Below are positions 39,387 to 53,106 of a DNA stretch of 64,000 bases, piece by piece. The position numbers and the translations under genes were made by a program. The stretch covers positions 1,562,735 through 1,626,734 of the forward strand of contig NW_003314279.1 of assembly GCF_000143415.4 (NCBI RefSeq), in the 5' to 3' direction. The notes beneath the pieces are model-generated. The model was not told the origin of the DNA. It did no database searches and saw nothing but the letters and a program-made list of their open reading frames with translations. Every line of letters begins with the position of its first letter. Position 1 is the stretch's first letter. Origin of the DNA: Selaginella moellendorffii (taxonomy: Eukaryota; Plantae; Lycopodiophyta).

Positions 39387-40815
39387 AGTTGAATAATCAA
39401 ACTCAGTTGATGGTAGTATTCATAGCTTGTGGTATAACTCCTCTTGCTTTTGTTACAAATCTTCATATTGAATAGAGTTTTTTCATGGGAATCTTAGGGA
39501 TGATATATACCATTAGTTTAATCACTATATAGTGATTACCACTTATCATTCTTAAAATGATGCTTGCCATTTATGTGAGTTTCCCATATGTTTTTAAGGG
39601 ATAGCATTGCAATGGGACAATAGTTTAAGTGTAACCACTCATGCAAATTGGAGCTTTTTCTTGAATTTTTTCAAATGTGTATTTACGTATGCTAATGATT
39701 ATGATGATACCTTCCAACAATTATATTATCTTTATCAATGACCACCTAAATTAATAATACAATTTAGCATTCGCTTCCAGAGTTTCTTGTTTTGTGTGGA
39801 GCCAAATATGTTAGGAGGGAGCAAGTTAGGAATGTTGTGGTTGGAGCAAGTGCATGCAAAAGTCCTACAAGATTTTGACAAAGTGTTGTGTTGATGATAC
39901 TACAATATTGTGAAATATCATCTCTTCCACTTCTCATTACATGTTCTTCAGCTCCACTTTCTATTGATTGTAGCCATGATGTCCACTATTGGGCATATGA
40001 TGAGGTTGGTCACACATATAAACATTGTTAGCATTTTCTAGATTAACATCCTCCATTTCCTAACTGGAGGATTTGGCATCAACAATATCCTATTAGTGTT
40101 GTTGCAATAAAAGGTTTATGTAAGTAACTAAAGAGAACGACTTGAGATACTATCCATAGGGTTCAAATATACAAAGAAAGGGTCTATAAAAAAGAGTACA
40201 CCCGTTTTTCCCATCAGTTAAGGGTTTTGGGATACTTAAGGTTGCATTTGAGTAGTATTAGGTTGGGTGACCTCTCGAAAAGTCTAAATTCAAAATTTTA
40301 TATTTAGTATCAAAGAGGTCTTGAGTCCAACTTTATTGGTTGGCTAAGGGAATTATACCACATGTTGAGATTGATATCTGGCAGGTTCAGTTTGCCTTCG
40401 GCTGGGATCGACCCGAGGGGTAGGGTGTTAAAAGAGCAGGGTTCTCAAGAGAGCTACAGCTTTTATCTTCTATTCACCAGATGAACTTGTAGGAAAATGT
40501 GATGGATTATAAGCAACCAAAAAGAATGATTAAAAAGACAATCTATAATGATTTAAATATAGAGGGAAAAGGCCTATAAAAAAGAGTGCACCCCATTTTC
40601 AAGGTTTTGAGATATTTAGGATTAAGCATTTTTGAGTTTGAGTAGTACTAGGTTGGATGACCTCTCGAAAAGTCCAAATTTAGGAGCTTACAATCTAAAT
40701 ATTAAGATTCTTCTAAAAAATGAGGAATTAGGTGAATAGTGGAGGGTCTTTATATAAATAAATCAATGATCCTTTCATCCTTCTTTCTTGAGTACCATCA
40801 AGGGGTTCGCTTAAC
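39387..40815 (+). mobile_element. Decayed family A gag relic, interrupted by Cassandra-like copy 2
   Basis: Aligns colinearly to ~14706-15640 with heavy C->T and G->A decay, and resumes after 40692 at the gag/pol junction. Confidence 0.8.
40119..40692 (+). mobile_element. Cassandra-like TRIM, copy 2 (older)
   Basis: LTRs 40119-40302 and 40508-40692, degenerate PBS tagtatcaaag, same ~200-bp internal domain as copy 1. 5S-like GAGTAGTACTAGGTTGGATGACCTCTCGAAAAGTCC at ~40640-40676. TSD GTTTA/ATCTA is consistent with an ancestral GTCTG. Confidence 0.85.
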
Positions 40816-43800
40816 ACTACAAGCAATTAAATTTTTCATTCTACTTTAATCACTTAATTATGCCTTTAACCAGTTGGAGGAGTCTTATGTATAACCTCCA
40901 TAAATCTTCATCCTAACTTAGGGCACTTGTTAACCCTCTTATAACTACACTACCACCTAGTACTCTTTTTATCTTTTGCCACTAAATTGCCTTATTGCAA
41001 CTAAAGAAAATTCCCACTCCCACTTTTACTCATACTCCTACTCTTCTTCCTACTCCCACTCCTACTCCCTTATTGCAGCTATGGGCATCTTGAGAGAGGG
41101 AGAGGGAATATTTTAATTCTCAAAATATTCATATAAAAACCACAAATATCAAAGGTTTTGCATTTTATGTCTTAAGCTAAAGTATGGAGAGAGAGAGAGC
41201 TTAAGACATGAACAGAGCCATAGAGAGGAGGAGGATCAAGGTGCTATACCTTAACATGGTGAACCCAGTATAACACATATCTTTTTTTTTTCTGGAGCAT
41301 TTCTTGATTGATGGAGAGGATCTATGGGATTTGGAGTGGCAATCTTGGAGAGGGTAGGCTAAGAGTGGTAGGATTACCCCTATAGAGAGATTTCTGAGTG
41401 TTGGAGTGAGATTTCATCTTCTTGAAGCTATGGCATGCAATGTCAGTTTTTAGTGGGGTTTTCTCCTTCGTCTTTGACCCATTTGAGGGGCTCTTTTTTT
41501 GGGTATGTAGATCTCAGGCTTTTCCTTCCATCAAGTATAAGCACTTGTGATCTAGTGGAGAAATGGAGTTTTAGTGATTTTTCTTTCAGTTTTTATTCCT
41601 CTTCCTACATCCATCTTTTTTCAATCTAAGCTTGAATTCTAGGAAGAGATTGTACCAATTTGTTTGATGGGCTCCTAAATCTTGCTAATAGCTATCCAAA
41701 GAGTGGTTTGTTGGAGGCCAATTCGTTGAGAGCTATGACATGTATGCATTTTTCTTTTAGCGTGCGAATGCAATTCACTATGGAAGCTTTGCAAAGTGAG
41801 AATTCTCTCCATTTTGTGCATCTTTGTAAAATTTTGTTTCTAAGTGGTCTTAAGACATGGATAGAGCTATCCATCATCCAAATTTGTGCATTTCCATCAT
41901 TTTTTTTAATCACATTTTAGTTTCTTTCTTCCCCACACTATAACAATTTTTGAGTGCCAATTTCTTGAGTGTCTAAATCTTATTTTCACTGTCGTTTGTT
42001 GTATCGTGTGTGCTTTGCTCTGCTCTTCCTTTTGAGTCATCACTTCAATATTTTCATGGAGTTTTGAGCCAAATTCAAGTCATTTTCTCTAGCATCGTAT
42101 GATAAACGAAGTTGCATACCTCTCTAACACATAAAGTTCTTACCTTTCTTGCAATTTCTTACATCAGGATTGTAAATCCCTTTGTGATATCTTATTTTTG
42201 TGTTGCATCATCTAATTTGATATCTAATTTCATGAGATTTTATTGTTCTTCACTAACTTTCATCCTTGTTTGAGTGTGATTATTATTCTTAAGATTTTTT
42301 CTCCCATCTTACACTTTGCTTTTGCAAATCTTTGTGTGAGGATGATCTAGCTTTTTAGGGTGACATTGAGCCACTTTCCAGGTGATTCCAAGAGTTTTTA
42401 ATAGAAAAGCACAACACTTGTTTCTTTTAGAGATACCTTAACATTTTCACGCCTCTTGGAATTTTATTTTGGAATTTGCAACATTCATGACCATTTATTT
42501 TGGTTATAAGCTTTGCTTAGGTGTTTGAGGATGATTCAACTTGCTAGATTGGGTGCATCACTTCATAGCATTTACCATATTTAGGCATTTGCAATGATTC
42601 AAACATTTTATGCTGGTGATAACACATTCATAATCACCTAGAAGATCAATTTAGAAGGCACTAGTCTCCATTCTTAAAGGCAAGTTTTCACATTTAAGGC
42701 AAGAGTTTGATTTCCATAGATTCATATCAAATGAGGAGGATTCACTAAATCCAACAGATGCTTTGACTAGGGATTTGCAGCAACCAGTAGAGATAGTTAA
42801 TCCAATTTATATCCTACAGCAGGGTGTGGATTTACCTTCACACTAGGAGCTTCACCAATACGGATTCATATAGTAAAATTTAAGGTTTTTTATGACTTAA
42901 ATGGAATCACGATGGCAAGTGCAACCACTTTCTTTGATTGATGCATGGATAAGTTCGAGTTTGGGTAGAGTCATTCTTGGATATAGAGTGGGAATGATAT
43001 ATAGAGGTGAAGAGACTCTTCCTCAAGATGTTTAGATAGGAGAAGGATCTTCAACAACTTCACACCGAGTTCTTTTCTTTCCTACAAACACAACATGAGT
43101 TTGTCATTGAGTATATTTGGTGGTTCAAGAAGCACTGGAAGCTATGCCTCACTTAGATCCCATACCTAACAGAGATAATCGTGGTTACCACCTTTGTTTC
43201 AGGGCTAAAGCCACTCATCCAATGCAAACTTCTCAAGTATAAGCATATTGAGTGTTGTTCAAATTTTGAGCATGCCAAGAAGGTTGAGAAGGAGCTTTGC
43301 CTCATTCTAGGTGTCTCCTAAGTTGCCCAATCTCCATCCAGCCACCTCCTCAAGCATCTGATTGCAACAGTTTCTCACCAATCTACACCCAAAGTTGTGA
43401 AAGAGAAATAGCCACTAGTATTGGAATTTGCTATTACTGAATTTCGCTAATACAAAAACCTCCTTGAGTGTCAATAACAAGCTCTCTTGCAACAGCAACA
43501 ACAATAGACTACCATTCTTGAGGAACTTAAGGCATTGAGATTTTAGCAAATAGAAACAACATTGAGATGACCCTATCATTGGTGTACCCATTGTGAGGCT
43601 AGTACACACTCAACAAAATAGTGCTATCACCTCCATCTAGAGCTTTAACTTCCAAGGAGCTAATGTGTCCAGGAGCATCCACTTGCTGGTAACTTTGCAC
43701 TTCGACCACCTCAATAAAGAGCACGACTTAGTTGTTAACAAGTACTAGGTCCAACCAGCACATACAAGTTGCCTTTTAAGTTGGCATTTTTTGGCTCCCT

Positions 43801-45329
43801 TATAGTTGATGTTGGACCTTTTTAGCTTGACAGCACATCTTCTCCGAGCTTGGCTAATACATCTTCCATGACTCCTACCACATCTTCATCTCTTCTGACA
43901 TACATCATGTAATAGCTATTACGTAGCTCAATCACCCTTTTACTCGGACAACTTTTACGATCAGTCCCAAGAGTTGGATAGCAGTTAGAAACTCTTGCAT
44001 GGTCCAACAAACCTTTTCTTCATGCTAGAGAGGAGATCCACATCATGGATACCACAACAACATAAGATCTAGGAGCTTTTATAGCATTAGTCACATTGGG
44101 AGATATTGTCATAGCAGAAGCACTCTTGGATTCAGGATCAGGGAGTAATGCCATCTCTTTGGCATTGGCAAAGTCTACTGGGTTCCAGATCAAGAACAAC
44201 ACAATCATCATCCTCAAAACCTTTGCAAACCATACTATGATCCCTATGGGTATATGTTGCAAAGTGCCTATATCAATCCTAGGGATCTCATCATTGGTGG
44301 ATTTTGTGGTGGTGCATTTCCAGTATGTAAATGTAAGCGACTACATTTTTCCATTCTACTTTAATCACTTAACCACACCTCCAACCACTTGAAGGAGTCT
44401 CATTCACAACCTCCATAAGTCCCACTCAGGACTTGGGGCTTGCTAGCCCCGAGAATGGCATCCATGCCACTCAACCTTTGCACTTAGTCCCAGTGCTCCA
44501 CGTGACCGGTCCCATGACCGACACCCCAAGGCACCACCAACATACCAGCTTGTTACGCTAGGCTATGCCCAATCACCTTGGTCACATCAGTGGTCCCACA
44601 CCTCCTACATTGCAATCCCGTCTCTCCAAGACTGGGCCATCTGTCCATGAGTGGTCATCCCAGATCCACTCTTTAGCATCCTTAGGATGCCCGCAGACAT
44701 GGGGAATAGCCTTCCCCAATATCTCCTTTCTAGTCCCCACCAAGTCCCTTTCTGTCCTTGGCCGTGTTCGCCAACACTGCCACTAGATCAGGGCCCACAG
44801 GCCCGACCACTAAGTCCCACGGTCCTCTGGGACTTCCTCACCGCATGACTGTATCCTTGGTCACTACACCAGAGGACTACTCCTCTTTCTTTCCACAGTC
44901 TGGGCCTTGGGACAACATTTTGGAACACCGTGGCCTTACGCAAGCCTCGTGGGTACTCTCCCCGCCTTCCGCCTTTGGGTGCTCTAGCCATGGGCTTAGA
45001 GCGAGGTTCCGTTAAGCCACATTAGGTATCCAAGTAGGTAGTGCCACCCACACTTGGGCTGGGAGCATTGGCTAGTTGATCTCCCGGGGGAACTAGAGTC
45101 GACTCTTGAACACTTCACCAAGCTACCCCGCTTGTCGGTTTGTATTCACTTTAGTCTTGGACTTCCCAGTGGTCAGTTCATCACCCAACACTGGGTCTAG
45201 CCTTCCTAGGCCAAATTGGCCTTTCCTGGCCAAACTGGCTTTACTGCAGTCCTCCCCTTTACTATACTTTTGGAGCTCACCAAACCCCCTAGGGTCTGGG
45301 AGATGAATGCTTTGGGCTTTCACCCTCTC

Positions 45330-45863
45330 AGCCTCGAACTCGAACTTGGACTCGGACTCGGACTCGGACTTGGACTCAGACTCGGACTCAGACTCGGGCT
45401 CGCTCTCGGCCTCGGTCTCGGTCGCGGCCTCGGTCGTGGCCTCGGTCCCGGTCCCAGTCCCGGTCCCGGTCCCGGTCTCGGTCTCGGTCTCGGTCTTGGT
45501 CCCGGTCTCAGTCCCGGTCCCGGTCTCAGTCCCGGTCTCGGTCTCGACCTCGGACTCCATCTCGGGTCCTTCTCAGACTCCATCTCGGATTCCATCTCGG
45601 GTCCATCTCAGACTCCATCTCAGACTCCGTCTCGGACTCCATCTCGGACTCCGTCTCGGACTCCATCTCAGACTCCGTCTCGGACTCCATCTCGGACTCC
45701 ATCTTGGGTCCATCTCGGACTCCATCTTGGATTCCATCTCAGGTCCATCTTGGACTCCATCTCAGACTCCGTCTCGGACTCCATCTCGGACTCCATCTTG
45801 GGTCCATCTCGGACTCCATCTCGGACTCCACCTCGGACTCCAACCCGGGTCCATCTCGGACTC
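45330..45863. repeat. Compound hexamer/dodecamer tandem array in the 3' LTR of family C
   Basis: Units CTCGGA, CTCGGT and CCCGGT grade into GACTCCATCTCG. Confidence 0.9.
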
Positions 45864-48800
45864 CTTTTCAAACACTTCCACGTGTCATGTGTTGGTCCTT
45901 TTGGGTCTCTTTTTGGAGCCTCGCTTATTGCTCGCTTCATGCTTGTTCTTTGAGCACTCCGTTGGGAGTTCCACTCCTGCTCTCAACCTTTCAAGTCGAA
46001 GCCTTTTAGTCCAAACGTGTTACGCTCGTTTGGCTTTTGCTTCGGCCACTACCACGTGGCACCCTTTCGGCTCCACTTTTGGGGCTTAGGGATTTGTGTC
46101 TCACAACTCCACCACCCATAGACGAAGTTTGATGTCCTCATCGAACGGTAAACCCTTTTATAAAGTAACACTCGCAAGTATTACCATTTCCATCCTTGGC
46201 ACCCAGCCAATACTTGTCTATGGTTTGACCCCAAAGGCTCATCATGCCTTGTCCATCTTCTAAGGGGCATAGTCTCTCCAACATAGAGACTCATTCGGCC
46301 ACCTGGGGTGGTTTGCTCCCTTTTATTGGTTCAGTTCTTGCTAAACTCGTTAGAGACACCTTCTCTAACTCAATTCCACTACTCATTCTCGAGTAGTCCC
46401 AACTTCTATTGACATAACCAATTCACCTTAGAACTTTTAATTTTGACTTCTCGAAGTTAATTTCTTTGGTGTCTTTGACACCTTTCACTACACATATTGT
46501 GCAACTTCACTTCCCATCCTAGGAAGCTCCCCACTTGAGGGTGCCATCGTCCTCCTTTCTATTTTATGCCACTTTTGGCACCAAGTTCCAACCATCGTAA
46601 GTTGTGCTAGAGCTATCCATGGCCCTATCCTTTGGCTACTTCGCTGCTCCCTCCCTTGGAACTTTCACCTTTGCCAACTTGGAGCATTTGGGAATCCATC
46701 CTTGGAAGCACACTTCCTTTCTCACAATCCGTTAGCATTCAACACACTAGTGTTCCATGCCTAACTTTGCCATTTGGATTCCTTCCAATGAACTCTATGG
46801 CCCACACTTGGCCACTAGTCTTTTGGTTTTATCCATTGATTGTTGCACTGAGCAACATAGGATCACTACCTCCATTCTCGAGGTATCCTTTTAGTTCCAT
46901 GGCAAAGGCTTTACTTTGCTAAGTCCAACAGGTGCTCACCCTTAGTAGGTCTCTTTAGCAATTTTTGCTCCGAGCTTCGTCCACAACCCAATTTTGCGAC
47001 CCTTCCATGGGTCTCTCCCCAAGACTACTTTCTTGGACTTACTATACCATCGTATTGGCACAATTGATTTCCCTTTAGGTGCCCTTCTCATTTGGTCACC
47101 TTGACCAAGTCACACCATTATCAATAGTTCAAATCAACACTTTGAACTAGGAATTATATTCCTTAACCCAAACAAAGACTTTGTCTTTGTTTAGCCACAA
47201 GATCACCTGGTGATCTCCTCTTGACCCCTTAACAGATATATCAATAGGAACAAGGTCTTCCAGACCCTTTTAAATTGTTGACTATGACCCCGGGGGCATT
47301 CCCCACACTTAGCGGTGCGCCCAAGCTAGCCCTTCCAGCCAAGGATCCATAGCAATTGAAATTGGGTGTCCCCATCTCATTCACCACGTCCTTGGTGCCT
47401 TTTGCACCAAAGTGTTCAAGTTAGATATGCCGAGCTTTCACTCTAAACAATCTAACCATGCATCACGACTCTGAGGCATCCCTTGTTTGGCAGTGTGCCC
47501 AAACCAGTCTCCTCACTAAGAGTCCATGACCACCGAAAAATGAGTGTCCTTATATTCCAAACCATCACCACGCCCTAGTGATTTGGGATTCGAACCCAAG
47601 CACTAAAGGGTTGGGACTCGAACCCAACCTCCGTATATGCATCTACAGATGGCATTGCATAGGATGCCTGGCTTGACTCCCCACGCCGGTGCACCAACAT
47701 GTACTTAAAGTGCGTTATAGATCACAGCTTAGGAACCTAGTTCCTCCGCACTACCAAGTCCTCTCATTGACAAATCTGTGATCATGCATGGACTCCTCCA
47801 TGCTCAGCCCCATGGGCTGCCCCTTTTTGAAGTTAGCACCTTCGACTAGGAATTTGTTCCCCTGACTTGCCAATCTCACTTAGTAAGTCATCCGGCCACC
47901 GTAACATAGTTCATGCATAAGCGTGAAAGTCCTTAACCATCGACTTTCGTTCAAAGCCCTCTCTTTGAACACTCGGGAACTACTTCCCCAACCTCGATAG
48001 CCTCGCCTCATGGCCAGCTTCAAGATCACGCTTTTGCTGCACCACTCTGATTTCGCGCGTTTTAGGAACTATTTACACTTGGCTTTCTAGGTACTTATCC
48101 ACCTAGAATTTTCTTTGGGAACTTTCAAGGAACTTTGTTCTTTAGCTTGCTAAAACTTTGCCTTCGCAAGCTCCCTACTCACCATATGGTCTAACATGGA
48201 TAATTCCACATTTTAGACTCTCCATGGCATCGCAGTAGCTAGTAGCAACATCCTTGAGCACCCTCTTGATTCTCCACTCACAACTTGCATAACCACTATT
48301 GGTTATACCCTTCAATTTCTATGGTTCAATTCCATCCCATACTACTTGTTTTTTGGCCTCATATGTTTCATATGTTTCCTTTGGTTATTCTCCTCCGAAC
48401 TAGGAGGATAGCTTTGCACATTTTACCATGCCTTGTCAAGTATTCATAGGGATGAACCTACCTGATAGCTTAGGGAGTGGTTCCTTAATTTGGGCATGCT
48501 CACCTTATAATCCCACACACCGGGATTACCGTTGCTACTTATGGGCCTCCATATGCCCATTACAAGCCTTTGCCAAAATCCCATTTTTGGCTTTGTCCAA
48601 ATCGGGTAGATGGATTCCTCCCATCTCCACAACCTTGGATGTTTGAATGGCATCTTCTATCCATCATTTGCTAGGGACTCAGTCCCTTGGGCCTTATCTA
48701 TTGCCCTCACGACACTAACCACCACCTCTTGGTGTTTTAGAGTGTTTGGGTGTCCCAATGATGGCCTCTTTGACAATGAGCATTTCCTTTTACAACATTG

Positions 48801-51160
48801 ATTTACTATATTGCAACATAAGCAAATTATCCCTGATATGGGTATATTTAACTTCTTTATGCCATTAAGAAGTCTTGGGTAACTACCTTCTACTTGTTTA
48901 ACCAATTACCTGCACCTCTTGCTTAATTGCCCTATAGTTGTTAAGTCTTACAACTCATTGCTTGGTGTTTCCACACCTCCATCATTATCTGGGTCACCAC
49001 ACTCTAACCACATGCCTTCCAGCATAGGCTATGCCATTCCCATTTCCATTGGGATTCCTTTGGCAAGGGGTTCTCATGAACCCATCAACATAACCTTAAG
49101 GCATCACACCTTGGCCCATTTGGTGTTTCCACACCATCGGCTCCATGCGTCTGCCTTTATGACACTTCGCACTTGTGTCTAGGTCTTTGCCAAGACCAAT
49201 TCAGTCGTTTCTTATGCCAACTATCCGTTAGCACTACATCATAGTGTTCGCACACAACTCTACACCAAAGTTGCTTTTTCTAGGAACACCTTTCCCACAA
49301 CTTTAGCATGGCACATTTTGCCATCGATGAGATACCCTCTGTTCTCATCCTTGGATCCTATGATCCCCCTCCATCATTCGTAGGGTACAACACACCTCAG
49401 TCCAAATGCTTTCATCAATCCTTCAAGATTATTCCTTGACTCTATTTGAGTCCTTCAACTTTTTGGACTTTGTCATTCGACGACCCATGAGGTCCCACCT
49501 TTGAGGTGCCAGCTCACTGGAATACAACTTCTTGTATTCAAGTCCTACTCACAAGGACCATTTTTGCAAGTGTTACTCCGACATTTGATTTGTTCTCTTG
49601 GGCAACCTTTTGCCCCTTAAAACCACTTGTCCATGTGATGAGAATACCAACTCATCCTCTAAGTACACCCCCAACTCCTTGGGTTGTTCCACTATTTATT
49701 AAAGGTAGCCCTGGGTACCATTTCAAGGACTTGTGTCCTCTTCCATATTTGACCTTCTACGGTCATTAATTCCGGTTTTAAATTCATGAGCACCAGCCTC
49801 AACTATATGAGGGTAATCTTGTGACTCCATTATCGTCTTGGAGTTTGCATCTTTCCCGTGATCCCAACTATAGTTGTTTACTACAACTACATTAGCCCGT
49901 TTGCTGCGTCAAACGCTCATCTAGATCACATCCTCAACTCTCTGAGGAAACCCTCATTCTATTCCCAAGATCCCAAAGTTGTTCCCTTACTGACCCTTTT
50001 CCATCCACCACATCATGCACAAGTTCACGCATGAACTTGAGTGGAGAGCCATGTCCTCTCGACATGCTACTCCTTGAGGATAGGTCCATACCTAGGACTT
50101 TCCAATTCCAATACAAGTGGTGATATACTTGGCCACCAATAAGAGTCGATCTAAGGAACAGCTCCGATACCAAACTGTAAGCGACTACATTTTTCCATTC
50201 TACTTTAATCACTTAACCACACCTCCAACCACTTGAAGGAGTCTCATTCACAACCTCCATAAGTCCCACTCAGGACTTGGGGCTTGCTAGCCCGAGAATG
50301 GCATCCATGCCACTCAACCTTTGCACTTAGTCCCAGTGCTCCACGTGACCGGTCCCATGACCGACACCCCAAGGCACCACCAACATACCAGCCTGTTATG
50401 CTAGGCTATGCCCAATCACCTTGGTCACATTAGTGGTCCCACACCTCCTACATTGCAATCCCGTCTCTCCAAGACTGGGCCATCCGTCCATGAGTGGTCA
50501 TCCCAGATCCACTCTTTAGCATCCTTAGGATGCCCACAGACATGGGGAATAGCCTTCCCCAATATCTCCTTTCTGGTCCCCACCAAGTCCCTTTCTGTCC
50601 TTGGCCGTGTTCGCCAACATTGCCATTGGATCAGGGCCCACAGGCCCGACCACTAAGTCCCACGGTCCTCTGGGACTTCCTCACCGCATGACTGTATCCT
50701 TGGTCACTACACCAGAGGACTACTCTTCTTCCTTTCCATAGTCTGGGCCTTTGGGACAACATTTCGGAACACCATGGCCCCACGCGGGCTTCATGGGTAC
50801 TCTCCCCACCTTCCGCCTTTGGGTGCTCTTTAGAGCGAGGTTCCGTTGAGCCACGCTAGGTATCCAAGTAGGTAGTGCCACCCACACTTGGACTGGGAGC
50901 ATCGGCCAGTCGATCTCCCGGGGGAACTAGAGCTGGCTCTTGAACATTTCAACAAGCTACCCCGCTTGTTGGTCTGTGTTCACTCTAGTGTTGGACTTCC
51001 CAGTGGGCAGCTTATCACCCAACATTAGGTACAGCCTTCCTGGGCCAAACTGGCCTTTCCTGGCCAAACTGGCTCCACTGTAGTCCTCCCCCTTACTATA
51101 CTTTTGGAGCTCACCAAACCCCCCAGGGTCTGGGAGACAAACACTTTGGGCCAGCACCCT

Positions 51161-51513
51161 CTCAGACTCGAACTCGGACTCGGACTCGGACTCAGACTTG
51201 GACTCGGACTTGGACTTGGACTCGGACTCGGGCTCGGTCTCGGCCTCGGCCTCAGTCGCGGCCTCGGTCCCGGTCTTGGTCTCGGTCTCGACCTCGGACT
51301 CCATCTCGGGTCCTTCTCGAACTCCATCTCGGATTCCATCTCGGGTCCATCTCGAACTCCATCTCAGACTCCGTCTCGGACTCCATCTTGGGTCCATCTC
51401 GGACTCCATCTCGGATTCCATCTCGGACTCCATCTCAGACTCCATCTCGGACTCCATCTTGGGTCCATCTCGGACTCCACCTCAAACTCCAACTTGGGTC
51501 CATCTCGGACTCC
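51161..51513. repeat. Shorter version of the same tandem array in the 5' LTR of family C
   Basis: Same units with fewer copies; accounts for most of the 195-bp LTR length difference. Confidence 0.9.
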
Positions 51514-53106
51514 TTCTCAGACACTTCTACGTGTCATGTGTTGGTCCTTTTGGATCCCTTTTTGGAGCCTCGCTTATTGCTCGCTTCATGCTCATTCTTT
51601 GAGCACTCCGTTGGGAGTTCCACTCCCGCTCTCAACCTTTCAAGTCGGAGCCTTTTAGTCCAAATGTGTTACGCTCGTTTGGCTTTTGCTTTGGCCACTA
51701 CCATGTGGCACCCTTTCGGCTCCACTGTTGGGGCTTAAGGATTTGTGTCTCACAGTAAACTCCCACTCCCTCACCAATCTTATCTTCTTGGGATGCATAT
51801 GGCACCTCCAAATAGATGCTAAGACATACTAGAATAAGGGAATGATGCAAATCAGTGATCATATCAAGACTACCAAACTATATAACACTCATAGCCACTC
51901 CTTACAGAAGACAACTCCAACTCCAACCCCTACTCCTATTGCTACTTCTTCCAAGTCTCCATGACGTCCAACATTTCCAGCTAAGCTTGCTATTGTCTTC
52001 CTCAAGCTCCTCAACGATCCATCACTGCCAGAAATGGGGGTATTCAGCATCCACACTTTTTCTACATTCAATGCTACTACTGAACCATCCATGGCCATTT
52101 TCACTAGTGCTATACAATCCCCATCACAATTAGAACTTGCTTCTTTTCTTAAGGCATAGGCACTTCCAGTGGTTCGAGAGGTATTCAAGAGGCTCTTATC
52201 CAGCCATATATCAACTATATGCTCTTCTCCTTGCTCCATTCTGCAGCATATGTTCACAAAAGGTGGTTATCTTTCCCAAGTGCCACCAACAGCAACCAAC
52301 TCCTTGGCCTCTTTATTTGAGGACCAAGCTTCTTGGGTCAATAGCAGCAGCTAAGTTTCTAGTCAAGCTTGGAGCTAGGGATAATGTGAAAATAGCAAGT
52401 GATGATGTGCCAGATGGGAGTGACGACATTTTCTATCATTCCAACAGTCATGGCGATGACTTTCAGTGATCAAGAGACTCTAGGAAACTCAAAGACATCA
52501 GCAGCACAATCTCCTCCAGTCAAAGCACTTGAACACCTTGGATCTTACAAGTTTTAAAATGTGGCATTTTCCCTTGTTAAGGAAATCCCGACTACTCAAT
52601 GTCTTTTATTTAGACCTGCATCATGCTGTTTGCTCTTCTCTACTAACTTTGCCTTTCCAAGACACACTCACAGATCCATGTACTTTATCATGGATCCCTA
52701 CAAGCTCAATAGACAACACTCTTGCGACTACTCAATCCACTATTTCAGCTCCAAGTCTTTTTCCTTGCCAATAAGGAGCTTCATAGAAGGATCTAAGACC
52801 CTCACAGCACCATTTGGATATGGTGCATGCTAGTTAGGGAGCAGAAGGTGGTGCAGCCCTCAAAGGTGGCAAAAGCACTGCTCCAATCTTTGTTTTTGAC
52901 TTTGGCCACACTCAAGAGTCTTTGTATAGCTTCCTTGACACTCAGGGAAGTTTTCTTCAGTCTACAGTAGCTCCATATCACCTGGAGTCACTACTCAATT
53001 GCTTCGACATGGCATTGTAGAGTTGTATGGCTTCAAGTTTCATTACATTTCAACTTCAATTCTCAGCATGATGTCATCAAGTATGGAACTTTCACAGATA
53101 CCATGT

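Larger units (their letters stand above)
44332..51754 (-). mobile_element. Large non-autonomous LTR retrotransposon (LARD-like, family C)
   Basis: LTRs 44332-46105 and 50176-51754 (TG...CA), TSD GTAAA, iMet-type PBS TGGTATCGGAGC on the minus strand at 50161-50172, PPT-like GGGTGGTGGAGT at 46106-46117. The 4.07-kb interior has no long ORF or clear RT/INT motifs. Confidence 0.9.
42900..51840 (+). mobile_element. Degenerate gag-protease relic of another Gypsy-like element, split by the LARD-like insertion
   Basis: Retropepsin ALLDSGSGSNAIS...VDFVVV (44096-44326) continues after the TSD at 51760 as ..LIFLGCIW. Weak gag-like remnants near 43090. Outer boundaries are approximate. Confidence 0.6.

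Noticed and set aside
45545-45863. Regularly spaced repeats considered as a possible CRISPR-like array
   Set aside because: Contiguous tandem units without unique spacers, in a eukaryotic context with no cas genes.
45123-46089. Long low-complexity ORFs (ES/ET, LG, SD and SRTP repeats) here and at 50957-51738
   Set aside because: They arise from stop-free hexamer arrays inside LTRs and are open in several frames on both strands, with no evidence of coding function.
46118-46260. Possible chromodomain remnant (…KGLPFDED) before the LARD PPT
   Set aside because: Requires frameshifts and is too degenerate to support by eye.
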